A DNA stretch of 64,000 nucleotides from Chloroflexota bacterium. GTDB taxonomy: Bacteria; Chloroflexota; UBA11872; VXOZ01. Position 1 is the first letter of the stretch. Each line of letters starts with the position of its first letter. The notes below the pieces were generated by a model. That model was given only the letters and a program-made list of their open reading frames with translations. It did not search any database and had not been told where the DNA came from. This document shows positions 1-10,007 of this stretch, piece after piece. The stretch covers positions 928,001 to 992,000 of the forward strand of contig OZ219802.1 in the NCBI GenBank assembly GCA_964291655.2, given 5' to 3'. The position numbers and the translations under genes were made by a program.

Positions 1-130
1 CGGTGACGACAGTCACCAAGCCACTGAGCCAGTTGCCAAATAAGTTGGCGCGCGCCCAACCGATCCAGCCAGTTTCTGTACGTGGCGGCGGCAGTGAAGG
101 CGCCGGTTGCCACGTTTCCGCAGTAGCCAT
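1..130 (-). CDS. Amino-acid ABC transporter permease, AapM/BztC-like (N-terminus only; runs off window)
   Basis: ATG at 130 just downstream of the AapQ-like stop; translates MATAETWQPAPSLPPPRTETGWIGWARANLFGNWLSGLVTVV, the usual W-x-R-x-NLF AapM N-terminus. Confidence 0.75.
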   Translation of the reverse strand, partial: MATAETWQPAPSLPPPRTETGWIGWARANLFGNWLSGLVTVVT

Positions 131-137
131 TATCCGA

Positions 138-1331
138 CTAGCCTCCCGTGAACTGGATGTGCCGGTTGTAGAGATTGCCGATCAGGGAGTACGTGAGACT
201 GTACAGCAAGTAGATGCCCATGATAATCAAGAAGATGGTGACCGCCGGCGCAGTCTGAGTCATAGTCTTGGCGACGCTGGTCAAGTCTGCGTACCCGATA
301 GCAAGCGCAAGACTGCTGTTCTTCGTTAGATTGAGATACTGGCTGATGAGGGGTGGAACGATGACACGCAACGCTTGGGGGAAGGTCACAAAGCGCAGCG
401 TCTGCATCGTGCCCAAACCCAAAGAGCGGGATGCCTCGCTCTGACCCCGCGACACGGATTGCAGACCGCCGCGGACAATCTCCGCAATGAAGGCCGCCGT
501 GTAGATGATCAGACCCAACAGCAAAGCCGTCAACTCAATGGATATGGTGTAGCCGCCCACAGGGTGACCGAAGCGGCCCTCAGGGTGCGGCACGCTCATG
601 ACATAGGGGGCATCGCCAATCGCGACCCACACCAGCCAGGCTACGCATGATCCCGCGATGAAAACGCCGCTCGCTCCCAGCCAGGGATACGACGGACGGC
701 CGGTGCGCTCCTCGCGGCGCTCCAGGAGTATTTTGGTTACGATCCCCACCACCACGGCCAATACGACACAGAGCAACCAGAGCCCCGGTTGCTGCTGCCC
801 CTCCGGCCACGGAAACGACAGCCCGGCATTATTGTTGAGGTAGAAAGCTTCGAACAAGACTAACCCGCCCTGCTGAACCGATGGCAGCCCCAGCAGCAAG
901 ATGTACCAAAAGAACAACTGCACCAGTAAGGGCACGTTGCGGAAGACTTCCACGAATACCGTGGCTACTTTGCCAATTACCCAGTTGCCGGATAGCTGCA
1001 ACGCGCCCACGATGATTCCCAGGGTCGTAGCGAGGATGACGCCCACCACAGAAACCATGAGGGTGTTGGCCGCGGCAACGAGAAAGGCGTAAGCAAAGGT
1101 ATCGCTCTCTTGATAGGGCAGCAGGTGCTCGCTAATAGGAGTGGAGTACTCCCGATTGAGGAAAGAAAAGCCAAAGGGAATGTCACGCTGCACCATCGCG
1201 GTCGTGACATTGGAAAAGAAGAATGCGACCGCCGCCACGACCAGGATGCCCGACACGATCTGCGCCGTCCAACTCAAGACGCGGGAGTGCCGCCAAATAG
1301 GAATGCCTTGGTATGTCAACGAAAGTCGCAC
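138..1331 (-). CDS. General L-amino-acid ABC transporter permease, AapQ/BztB-like
   Basis: Multiple TM segments; VEVFRNVPLLVQLFFWY; EAA-type loop AEIVRGGLQSVSRGQSEASRSLGL; QYLNLTKNSSLA. Confidence 0.92.
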   Translation of the reverse strand: MRLSLTYQGIPIWRHSRVLSWTAQIVSGILVVAAVAFFFSNVTTAMVQRDIPFGFSFLNREYSTPISEHLLPYQESDTFAYAFLVAAANTLMVSVVGVILATTLGIIVGALQLSGNWVIGKVATVFVEVFRNVPLLVQLFFWYILLLGLPSVQQGGLVLFEAFYLNNNAGLSFPWPEGQQQPGLWLLCVVLAVVVGIVTKILLERREERTGRPSYPWLGASGVFIAGSCVAWLVWVAIGDAPYVMSVPHPEGRFGHPVGGYTISIELTALLLGLIIYTAAFIAEIVRGGLQSVSRGQSEASRSLGLGTMQTLRFVTFPQALRVIVPPLISQYLNLTKNSSLALAIGYADLTSVAKTMTQTAPAVTIFLIIMGIYLLYSLTYSLIGNLYNRHIQFTGG

Positions 1332-1407
1332 CGGCTTTAGTTCCTAGCGCTTACACTATTGGCGATTCATGCTGACAGCAGTATACACCAATTCGTTCGC
1401 AGAGCCA

Positions 1408-2544
1408 TTAACGCAGCGGCTGAGAGTAAATCTGCCCGCCCTTGGGGCAATCAGCACACGGCGCATTTGACCACAGCGCGTTGCGGGAGCCTTCTCGCGG
1501 CAAGTCTATGCCAGTACCAGGCCCCAAATTGCGGTCGTATATCTCACCGTAATTGCCCACCAACTTGATTACGGTTTGACCCACGGTCTGTTCGAGGCCA
1601 AGTTCTTCCTGCCCGAATGAACCCTCTGTTCCCAGCAAACGCTTTGCTTTCACGTTGTCGCCAGCGGCGACTTCGTCCACATTAACGGAGTTGATGCCGT
1701 AAGCCTCGGCGTAGATCAGGATACCCATCACGGCCTTTACGAGGTCGAACCACTGCTCGTCGCCGTGGGGCACCATGGGTCCAAGCGGTTCTTCGGAAAT
1801 CGTCTCAGGCAGAATGATGTGTTCTTCGGGAGTTTCAAGCGAACTGCGCAGCGCCGTCAGCGCCGACCGGTCGGTAGTGAACACCTCGCAGGCCCCGCTC
1901 TTGTAGGCCTCGAAAGCCACCTGCGCCTCTTCGAATGTCTTGGGACTATACTCCATCCCGTTCTGGCGGAAGAAATCGGCCATGTTGAGCTCAGAGGTCG
2001 TACCGGTATTCACGCAGACGGCCGCACCGGCCAACTGGTACGCGCTTGTTACTCCCAGGCTCTTGGGTACCATGAAGCCTTGACCGTCATAGAACATCGT
2101 TTGCACGAAATTGCCCCAATTGGCGTCGCGGGACGTGGTCCACGTGGTGACATACACGAGTAAGTCCACCTCGCCCGATTGCATCACAGGTCCACGCTCA
2201 GCAGCCGTTATGAGACGGATTTCGACGGCATCGGGATCGCCAAGCACTGCCGCCGCGACGGCGCGGCAGAGATCGATGTCAAAACCAACATTGTTACCGG
2301 CTTCGTCCAAATAGCCAAACCTCGGCGTGTCGTTGAGGCTGGCGCAAATGAGACGACCCCGCTCTTGCACTGATTCAAGCCGCGAACTTACCGCCGGCGG
2401 AGCCACGGTAGCGGCCTCGGTATCAGCAGCCGCCTCCTCGAGTGCCGGTTCGGCAGTGGTGGCGCATGCCGCACCCAGGAGCAGTGCGAATGCCAGCGCT
2501 AATCCGGCTGCTAGCTTTCTTGCCAAACTCCCACGTCCACTCAT
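1408..2544 (-). CDS. Amino-acid ABC transporter substrate-binding lipoprotein, AapJ/BztA-like (copy 2)
   Basis: Lipobox LGAAC; GFDIDLCRAVAAAV, TWTTSRD, FYDGQGFMV, ISEEPLGP, VGNYGEIY; start placed at MSGRG. Confidence 0.92.
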   Translation of the reverse strand: MSGRGSLARKLAAGLALAFALLLGAACATTAEPALEEAAADTEAATVAPPAVSSRLESVQERGRLICASLNDTPRFGYLDEAGNNVGFDIDLCRAVAAAVLGDPDAVEIRLITAAERGPVMQSGEVDLLVYVTTWTTSRDANWGNFVQTMFYDGQGFMVPKSLGVTSAYQLAGAAVCVNTGTTSELNMADFFRQNGMEYSPKTFEEAQVAFEAYKSGACEVFTTDRSALTALRSSLETPEEHIILPETISEEPLGPMVPHGDEQWFDLVKAVMGILIYAEAYGINSVNVDEVAAGDNVKAKRLLGTEGSFGQEELGLEQTVGQTVIKLVGNYGEIYDRNLGPGTGIDLPREGSRNALWSNAPCADCPKGGQIYSQPLR

Positions 2545-2732
2545 ATTGCCTCCCCGCTGATAGCAGTATGATTGGTTGGATTCCGGTGATTCACTTGCCT
2601 GGGCATTCTGCCAGCCCCTTTGCACTCGAATGGCTTGCCCCTATTGTAGGCCAAGCGAGCCATCCTTATACCAAAAATCGCGCCGACCCGGAAGAAGTCC
2701 GGGCCGACGCGACAATAGTCAGCGACTACGAA

Positions 2733-3860
2733 TTAGCGCAATGGCTGAGAATAGATCTGGCCGCCCTTCGGGCAGTCAGTGCAAGGCGCATTCGACCACA
2801 AAGCATTGCGGGAGCCTTCACGCGGCAGTTGGACGCCATCGGGGTTGTCCAAGTTGCGCGCATAGATCTCGCCGTAGTTCCCGACCGCCTTGATGATGGT
2901 CTGACCCACGTTCTGATCAAGACCTAGCTCTTCCTGACCGAATGAACCCTCAGTACCGAGCAAGCGCTTCGCCTTGACGTTCTCGCCAACGGCCATGTCA
3001 TCAACGTTGGTGGAGTTGATGCCATACGCCTCGGCATAGATCAGGAGGCCCATCACGGTCTTCACAAGGTCGAACCACTGCTCGTCACCATGCGGCACCA
3101 CCGGTCCTAGCGGCTCCTCGGAAATCGTCTCCGGCAGAATGACATGGTCGTCCGGATTCGGCAGAGCCGTTCTCAGTGCGGCAAGCTGCGAGCGGTCATT
3201 CGTAAAGACCTCGCAGGCGCCACTCTTGTACGCTTCCAAGACCACGTCCGTATCTTCGTAGACCTTCGGGTTGTACTCCAAGTTGTTCTGGCGGAAGAAG
3301 TCAGCCATATTCAACTCGGTAGTCGTACCACTGGTCACGCAGACTGCAGCGCCGGCCAATTCCAGCGCGCTTGTGACGCCGAGGCTCTTGGGAACCATGA
3401 AGCCCTGGCCGTCGTAGAACATCGTCTGGGCGTAGTTGCCCCAGGCGGCGTCACGAGAAGTCGTCCACGTCACGGTACGCACCAGCAAGTCAACTTCGCC
3501 TGACTGAATGGTAGGCCCACGCTCAGCGGCCGTAATCAACCGGATTTCGAACGCATCCGGATCACCCAGCACGGCTGCGGCAACTGCGCGGCACAAGTCG
3601 ATGTCGAAGCCAACGTTATTGCCGTCCGCGTCTACGGAACCGTAGCCGGGCACGTCATTGCGGCTGGCGCAGATGACATGGCCCCGTTCACGCACGGTGT
3701 CCAGCCGCGAAGTCATGGCCGGCGCCTCATCCATCTTGGTCTGGGTCTCGGCATCTGCTGCCGTTGCTCCCGTACTCGCCTGGTCGTCAGCGCATGCCAC
3801 GCTGAAAAGCAGCGCGACCATCACGCTAAGAGCGATTAGGAGCTTACTAACCTGTCTCAT
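2733..3860 (-). CDS. Amino-acid ABC transporter substrate-binding lipoprotein, AapJ/BztA-like (copy 1)
   Basis: Same motifs as the adjacent paralogue; lipobox FSVAC; GGAGG ribosome-binding site upstream of ATG 3860. Confidence 0.92.
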   Translation of the reverse strand: MRQVSKLLIALSVMVALLFSVACADDQASTGATAADAETQTKMDEAPAMTSRLDTVRERGHVICASRNDVPGYGSVDADGNNVGFDIDLCRAVAAAVLGDPDAFEIRLITAAERGPTIQSGEVDLLVRTVTWTTSRDAAWGNYAQTMFYDGQGFMVPKSLGVTSALELAGAAVCVTSGTTTELNMADFFRQNNLEYNPKVYEDTDVVLEAYKSGACEVFTNDRSQLAALRTALPNPDDHVILPETISEEPLGPVVPHGDEQWFDLVKTVMGLLIYAEAYGINSTNVDDMAVGENVKAKRLLGTEGSFGQEELGLDQNVGQTIIKAVGNYGEIYARNLDNPDGVQLPREGSRNALWSNAPCTDCPKGGQIYSQPLR

Positions 3861-4089
3861 CTTCTTTCCTCCCTCATAGCACTTCTTCGTGCTTCGATAT
3901 TGCGAACCATTATATTGACCACACTGTCCTTTTGCAACTAAGATAACTGCCCCAATTGCATCGACTTGCCGCCAGCATCTAGCCTCATTGCCAAGCACAG
4001 CTTGACTTGCAGGCATAAAGAGATTTTTCTGGGCCTCCTTTCAATCGCAAATCACGTAACTGCGGTGCCGGAACAACTCGAATCTAGGG

Positions 4090-5031
4090 CTAGCCAACTA
4101 CCAAGGACTGCTGTGCAATCACGCGCTCTGCTTCGCGAACCGAGCGATCATGGTATTCCTGCCAGTTCTCAAGGCCGTATACGCTTTTCATGCGGGAGAT
4201 CGGCCAGGCGTCATCATTGGATTCCACCATAAACACGCCATCATCTCGCGTGCCGACAATCGTAACTCTATTACCAAAGTCCGTTTGCATCTGGCGAATC
4301 TGTTGGTATTGCATATCGTAATGGAACACCTCAGCCTCGAGGTCTACGGTGCTGTGGGCCACGTGCACGCCCAAGCCGCTGGCGGCGACTTCGTCACCGA
4401 GTTTATTGATGATACGGGAACGTCCACCGCTCACCGAAGACGCGATGATGTAACTGTGCAGCCAAGCATACGCGCGCAGCCGCAAGCCGCCGTCGCACAT
4501 ACTGGGGAAGACCACAAGCTCGGCCCCTGCCTCTCCAATGCGCGCCCACTCATCCGGGTAATCTACGTCGAAACAAATCAGCATACCCAGCTTGCCGAAG
4601 TCTGTCTCGAACACCGGCACGTCGGCATAGACACCAGGCACTGTGCCTGCTTCGAGTTCTCCCAACGTGGGGTGGATCTTGTCATATTGACCCACGATTT
4701 CACCCTGGCGGCCAAAGAGCACGCTGGTGTTTATGCGAGTATTGCCGCGCACCTCACACATGCCCGCCACCACGTACATGCCGTGTTGGCGCGCTTTCTC
4801 GGCGAAGAGGTCTGAAGTTGGGCCGGGAATTGGCTCCCAAATCTTGGCGCGTTCTTCCTCATCTTGCGGCAAGCCCAAAAGGGTAAACTCCTCCGGCAAG
4901 CACGCCAGATCGGCACCCAGGCCGCCCATTTGATCGAGCAGTTCGACCGCCAATTCATGATTTGCGGCAATCGTAGGGCGTCCGCCTATGTGGCCGACAC
5001 AGGCAGTGGCTACTAAGGCTTTGCGCGGCAT
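4090..5031 (-). CDS. Carbon-nitrogen hydrolase (nitrilase superfamily)
   Basis: E-K-C triad motifs LPEE, YDKIHP, ICFD; start taken at MPRKA. Confidence 0.88.
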   Translation of the reverse strand: MPRKALVATACVGHIGGRPTIAANHELAVELLDQMGGLGADLACLPEEFTLLGLPQDEEERAKIWEPIPGPTSDLFAEKARQHGMYVVAGMCEVRGNTRINTSVLFGRQGEIVGQYDKIHPTLGELEAGTVPGVYADVPVFETDFGKLGMLICFDVDYPDEWARIGEAGAELVVFPSMCDGGLRLRAYAWLHSYIIASSVSGGRSRIINKLGDEVAASGLGVHVAHSTVDLEAEVFHYDMQYQQIRQMQTDFGNRVTIVGTRDDGVFMVESNDDAWPISRMKSVYGLENWQEYHDRSVREAERVIAQQSLVVG

Positions 5032-5350
5032 AATCTGCACTCCTGTGAAAAACACTATCTGGAATGAGCGTGTTACTTGCCCTTGAGTATACTCTATTGA
5101 AGTTAGTATAGACCAGTTAACTATTTGCACGCAGAGTAAATAGCAACCGGGACAACATGATTGTGAATGATACAATTCGCCGGGCAGCCAAAGTGCCAGC
5201 CACCATATGTGCCCGGCATGCGGCTCGCCTATGTCGTGGAACGCATTGTGAAACATGCCTTCCGTCTAGTATTGTAAGAAAGAAGGGGATTGGCCGTCAG
5301 ATTCTCCAAGGATACGTGCGAACTCCGTACCGCTAGAGCTGAATGAGCAC

Positions 5351-6817
5351 GTGGGCTTCACCATTCTACATACCAACGACCTGCATGGCTTTGTGCGCTC
5401 CACGCCGCGTTTGGCGCAGAGCGTGCGGGACAAGCGCGCGCAAATCGACAATGTGCTTTTTGTAGACGTTGGCGACTACTTCCGGCTCAAGCGCCACCGG
5501 CGGCCACAAGATGACGATCGCGTCACCGCCTGGACGCTGCGGACACTTGAGTACGATGTTGTAACGCCGGGGAATGCCGAACTCTCACGCTTCGATCCCT
5601 GGCACTTGGACTTCCTGATTGCCCAAAACTGCGGCACGATGCTCTGCACCAGCGGTTTCAACGCGCGTCTCCCGGCCTCGTGCCGTCCCTATCGCGTGCT
5701 TACGCTGGATGGTATTCGAGTCTTGTTCATCGGTGTCTGCACGGAAGACAGCCACTGGGACCTATCAACGCCTGCGAACAATTTCTACCCTTCCGCACGG
5801 CGGTCGGCGGCAAAGACGGCAAGCCTGGTCAACGCTTACCGCGACCGGGTTGACATGGTCATCGTGCTCTCGCATTCCGGCATGGCGCAGGACATCCTGC
5901 TCGCTGAGTTGATACCGGAGATCGATCTCATTCTCAGCGGCCACTGCCACCACCCGACACTGCGACCGATATGCGTTGGCAAGACGAAGATTGTACAGGC
6001 CGGCCTTAACGGTATGTTTCTCGGCCAGGTGGACATCACCCCAACGGATGGCAACCCGCTCATCGAGTCCACCCTGCACACCATAGATGCGACGACCCCG
6101 GAAGACCCGGTAATGGAACGACTGCTCCGCCTACAAGGCCGGCGGAGTGATCCGGAAAAGCTGCGCATAATCGGTACTGCTGGAGAAAACGTGGGCCAGG
6201 GCTACTTATCAAGCAATGGGCTGGGTAACACCGTTACAGACATTTGGCGGGAAGCAACAGGCGCCGACATCGCCTGGACGAAAGCGACCTTCATCACTCC
6301 TCTCTTCGCCCCCGGCCATGCGCTTACGAGTTGGGATATCCAGCTCTGCGTCAGAGGATTTCCCTTATCGAAAATGCTCACCCTGACAGGCAGTCAGGTT
6401 CAGCAAGCCGTCGAACACAGCGTTGCGGATCAATCCTATGCCTTCCTGCCGCCGGATCGCCGCGATGAGCTGGTGACACAACTTGAATCTGCCTCGGCAC
6501 TGCCGGGGTGCAACTTTCTCCACCAATCGGGCATGCAGGTGCAGGTTGACTTGACGAAGCCGACCGGTGAGCGCGTGCGGGAAATCCGCGTGGACGATCA
6601 GCCGTTGCTACCTGAAGCTACGTACCGGGTAGCAATGGATGCCTTCCACGCCAGAGGCGGCTCGGCATTCACCATGCTCAAGGATGCCCGCAGCAGAGAG
6701 GACCTGAGCTTGGATAACCCTGTGGAGGCCTACGTGCGCGAGAAGGGGGTACTGGAGGGCACTCTTGACGAGCGGTACAGTATCACCGGGGCCACAGCCC
6801 TGGCTGCATCGGTTTAA
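5351..6817 (+). CDS. Bifunctional metallophosphatase / 5'-nucleotidase (cytoplasmic; no signal peptide)
   Basis: HTNDLHG, DVGD, GNAE, LSHSG, SGHCH motifs plus a 5'-nucleotidase C-terminal domain. Confidence 0.85.
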   Translation: MGFTILHTNDLHGFVRSTPRLAQSVRDKRAQIDNVLFVDVGDYFRLKRHRRPQDDDRVTAWTLRTLEYDVVTPGNAELSRFDPWHLDFLIAQNCGTMLCTSGFNARLPASCRPYRVLTLDGIRVLFIGVCTEDSHWDLSTPANNFYPSARRSAAKTASLVNAYRDRVDMVIVLSHSGMAQDILLAELIPEIDLILSGHCHHPTLRPICVGKTKIVQAGLNGMFLGQVDITPTDGNPLIESTLHTIDATTPEDPVMERLLRLQGRRSDPEKLRIIGTAGENVGQGYLSSNGLGNTVTDIWREATGADIAWTKATFITPLFAPGHALTSWDIQLCVRGFPLSKMLTLTGSQVQQAVEHSVADQSYAFLPPDRRDELVTQLESASALPGCNFLHQSGMQVQVDLTKPTGERVREIRVDDQPLLPEATYRVAMDAFHARGGSAFTMLKDARSREDLSLDNPVEAYVREKGVLEGTLDERYSITGATALAASV

Positions 6818-6841
6818 CCACAGCATGAATGCCACGCACAC

Positions 6842-7738
6842 GTGATTCGCGCGCTAGTTTCACTTTCCGCCCTCGGGATAATTGCCGTTGGCGCCTACGG
6901 CTACTTTATAGAGCCCTACCGGCTGCGCGTGCGGCGAATCCGCCTGCCGATACCATCCCTCAATTCACCGGACGCCGCTGTTCGCATTCTCCACATTACC
7001 GATCTGCACATGCGCGCCGGAGACAAACGACGCGTACGCATGCTTCAGCAGCTCGCGCGCCTGGAACCCGACCTCCTTCTACTAACCGGCGACCTCATCC
7101 ATGGAGGACGTGACCCTGACGCCGAGATTGAGACAGTTCTCGAAGCGCTCGCGCCCATCCGGGCTCGCCATGGGGCCTTTGCCGTGCTAGGAAACCACGA
7201 CCACGTACACCGCCATCGCATCAAGAGTTGGTTCGGGCAGCCACACCGCTTTCACGATACGACCAAGCTCGTCCACACGCTCGAATCCCAGCAAGTCCAC
7301 GTGCTCACGAATGCGCATGCCAACGTTACCGTAAACGGTCAGCCACTAACCCTCGTTGGCGTCGACGACCCCTTCACCTGGCTGGACGACATCCGGCGCG
7401 CGACGAACGGTGCGCCCGACGACACCACACGTCTGCTGCTCGCCCACACCCCCGACATTGTTCGCACATTGCACACCGAACGATTCGATCTCATCCTCTG
7501 CGGCCACACGCACGGCGGGCAAGTTCGCTTGGCGGAGAACATTGTCTGGCATACGAACACGCGTGTACCGTTGCCGCGCAACGCCGGTCTGATGCAGGTT
7601 GGGGGCCACCTGATCTACTGCTCTGCCGGAGTTGGCGTTTCCATGCTGCCCATCCGCCTCAACTGTCCGCCCGAGGTAGGTTGGATCGAGCTCGTGGCGG
7701 CAAAGCAGGACGATCCCCACACTTCACTCGCTGTGTAA
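6842..7738 (+). CDS. Membrane-anchored metallophosphoesterase (YkuE-like)
   Basis: N-terminal TM helix; TDLH, TGD, GNHD, AHTP, GHTHGGQ. Confidence 0.9.
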   Translation: MIRALVSLSALGIIAVGAYGYFIEPYRLRVRRIRLPIPSLNSPDAAVRILHITDLHMRAGDKRRVRMLQQLARLEPDLLLLTGDLIHGGRDPDAEIETVLEALAPIRARHGAFAVLGNHDHVHRHRIKSWFGQPHRFHDTTKLVHTLESQQVHVLTNAHANVTVNGQPLTLVGVDDPFTWLDDIRRATNGAPDDTTRLLLAHTPDIVRTLHTERFDLILCGHTHGGQVRLAENIVWHTNTRVPLPRNAGLMQVGGHLIYCSAGVGVSMLPIRLNCPPEVGWIELVAAKQDDPHTSLAV

Positions 7739-7745
7739 AGGACTC

Positions 7746-8405
7746 ATGCTCGGCCCTCTCCTGCCTCTCCTTTTCTCCTTTGTTCTACTGCTTCTGCTCG
7801 TCGTCTTGCTTCAAGTCCAAGCAGTCTCACTCGCTTTCGCGAACCTGGGTCTGTCGCCCACGCTGGTCGTCATAATCTTCTACCTCTCTCTCATCGGCAG
7901 TTTCGTCAACATCCCGGTTTCACGGAGAAAGGTACGAATTGAGGGTAAATCCTTGCTGCCCCTGCCCTTCCCGTTTCCGCTCTTCCGCTACCCGCCGCGC
8001 GTGAAAGAACAGGTCCTCGCCATAAACGTAGGTGGCGCGGTGATCCCCGTATTGCTGGCTCTCTATGTCTTGCCCAACGCGCCGTTGGCCAAAGTACTTG
8101 TGGCGACCGCGACGGTGAGTGTCGTGTGTTTCGCGCTCGCGCGTCCGCGAGAGGGCGTTGGCATAACAATTCCCGCGTTGATCCCGCCAATCATTGCCGC
8201 ACTGTTGGCGTACCTTCTCGTATCCGATCCGGCGGGACGCACCGCCGTCGCGTACATCTCCGGCGCAATGGGCACGCTCATCGGTGCAGACATCCTCAAT
8301 CTACCGCGCATCCACCGTCTCGGTGCCCACGTGGTCAGCATTGGCGGGGCGGGGGTCTTTGATGGTATCTTCCTGGTGGGTATTCTGGCAGCAATTCTGA
8401 CGTGA
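7746..8405 (+). CDS. DUF1614 family membrane protein
   Basis: AINVGGAVIP, GTLIGADILNL and SIGGAGVFDGIFL signature motifs. Confidence 0.88.
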   Translation: MLGPLLPLLFSFVLLLLLVVLLQVQAVSLAFANLGLSPTLVVIIFYLSLIGSFVNIPVSRRKVRIEGKSLLPLPFPFPLFRYPPRVKEQVLAINVGGAVIPVLLALYVLPNAPLAKVLVATATVSVVCFALARPREGVGITIPALIPPIIAALLAYLLVSDPAGRTAVAYISGAMGTLIGADILNLPRIHRLGAHVVSIGGAGVFDGIFLVGILAAILT

Positions 8406-8412
8406 GGAAGCA

Positions 8413-9630
8413 ATGAGCACAGCAGAGGTTCAAACACGTGTCCGCGAACTGGAACCGGAACTCGTGGCAATTCGGCGAGAGATCCACCGACACCCTGAAG
8501 TTGCCTTCGAACTGGATAACACGCCACGCATTGTCGCCGAGAAACTCGCAGCCGCCGGCTGGGAGGTGGAAACTGACGTTGGCGGGCAAGGGGTGGTCGG
8601 CATTCTGCACGGCAGCCGTCCCGGCAAGGTGCTGGCTATTCGACCGGATATGGACGCCCTGCCGTTCCCCGATTGGAAGCAGGTTCCCTACGCGTCACAG
8701 ACTCCCGACGTGATGCACGCGTGCGGCCATGACGCCCACACGGCCATCGGCATCGGCATTGCCGCGATCCTCGCGAACATGCGCGATCAGTTTGCAGGGA
8801 CGGTCAAGCTGCTCTTCGATCCGGCAGAAGAGACGGGCGGCGCGTCCGAAGCCTTGGGCGGCCCGCCGTGCGGACCCAAAGCCCTGCGGGCGGCCGGTGT
8901 GCTGGATAACCCGAAGGTGGACGCCTTGATGGGATTCCACAACCTGCCTGAAATCCCGGTAGGCCAGGTGTGGTTGCGCCCCGGCGTGATCTTTACGGGA
9001 TACGACATGTTTTCACTGGAGATCACCGGAAAAGAGACCCACGCCGCGCGCAGACACCAAGGGAAAGACGCCATTCTGGCAGCGAGCCACGTCATCCAAA
9101 CTCTCTTCGGCGCCGGCTCCCGCGTGGCGCCAAACAATCAGGTGTACTCCCTGAACGTCGGCCTTATCGAGGGCGGCAAGGACTATAACCTGATTCCATC
9201 GACAGTCAAAATGAAGGGGTCCGTACGCTGCGGCGATCTTGTCACGCGCGCAGGACTGGGCGAGCGCCTGGCAGCCCTGGTAGAGTCCGCCGCTGAAAGT
9301 GCGGATTGTACTGCGGAATTCTCACTTACGCGGGGCAACCCGCCAGTGGTGAATAATCCCGCCCTGGCGTCACTCGTGCACGCTACCGCGGCCGGAGTTC
9401 TCGGCACTGACAACGCCGTAATGATGGACGCCCCGCTGCTCATCGGCGATACGTTCTGCTTCCTGGCCGAGGGTGTCCCCAGCGTCTACTGGCTGTTCGG
9501 CTCGGGCAATGCCGACCGCGGCATCACCTACCCCCTGCACCACAGCCTGTACGATCTCGACGAAGCCTCAATCGGGCATGCACTGCAAGTGGCGGTGGAA
9601 GCGACGCTTTCGTATCTCAACACCGCGTAA
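8413..9630 (+). CDS. M20D family amidohydrolase
   Basis: RREIHRHPE, DMDALP, MHACGHDAH, PAEE, LHHS. Confidence 0.92.
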   Translation: MSTAEVQTRVRELEPELVAIRREIHRHPEVAFELDNTPRIVAEKLAAAGWEVETDVGGQGVVGILHGSRPGKVLAIRPDMDALPFPDWKQVPYASQTPDVMHACGHDAHTAIGIGIAAILANMRDQFAGTVKLLFDPAEETGGASEALGGPPCGPKALRAAGVLDNPKVDALMGFHNLPEIPVGQVWLRPGVIFTGYDMFSLEITGKETHAARRHQGKDAILAASHVIQTLFGAGSRVAPNNQVYSLNVGLIEGGKDYNLIPSTVKMKGSVRCGDLVTRAGLGERLAALVESAAESADCTAEFSLTRGNPPVVNNPALASLVHATAAGVLGTDNAVMMDAPLLIGDTFCFLAEGVPSVYWLFGSGNADRGITYPLHHSLYDLDEASIGHALQVAVEATLSYLNTA

Positions 9631-9641
9631 GCCAACTATAC

Positions 9642-9669
9642 TCTGGCGACAACCCTTAGAGTTGCCGGA
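9642..9669 (+). terminator. Hairpin downstream of the amidohydrolase operon
   Basis: TCTGGCGAC-N10-GTTGCCGGA stem including G-U pairs; weak U-tract. Confidence 0.35.
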
Positions 9670-10007
9670 AATTTGTAGAGTAGAATAATGCGAGAGTTCA
9701 GATTAACTGCGGTCAAGGTGTAAGCCTCGCGTAGGGAAGTCCGCCTTCACCTTAAAACGTGTCCCAGAGGACTGATGTGTAGCCGGACCATGCAATCTGG
9801 TAATCTAATTGAGAATGGCTGCATTGAGTAGAGTCCGCACATTCTCTGAAACTGCGGGCATATTGGTAATGTTCGTAGAAGACTGCTAGTCCCTCTTGCC
9901 CTGATTTTGTCCCCAGATTAGCATAATCCTGCAACTAGATTCTGCAGCACTTGTTCCTGCACCCCGCTTTCAGCCCGCCATGCTATGAGATACGAAAGGG
10001 CGCCTTT

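Noticed and set aside
5101-5118. GntR/FadR-like operator (TAGTATAGACCA) upstream of the nitrilase-family gene
   Set aside because: A single imperfect palindrome with no cognate regulator in the window.
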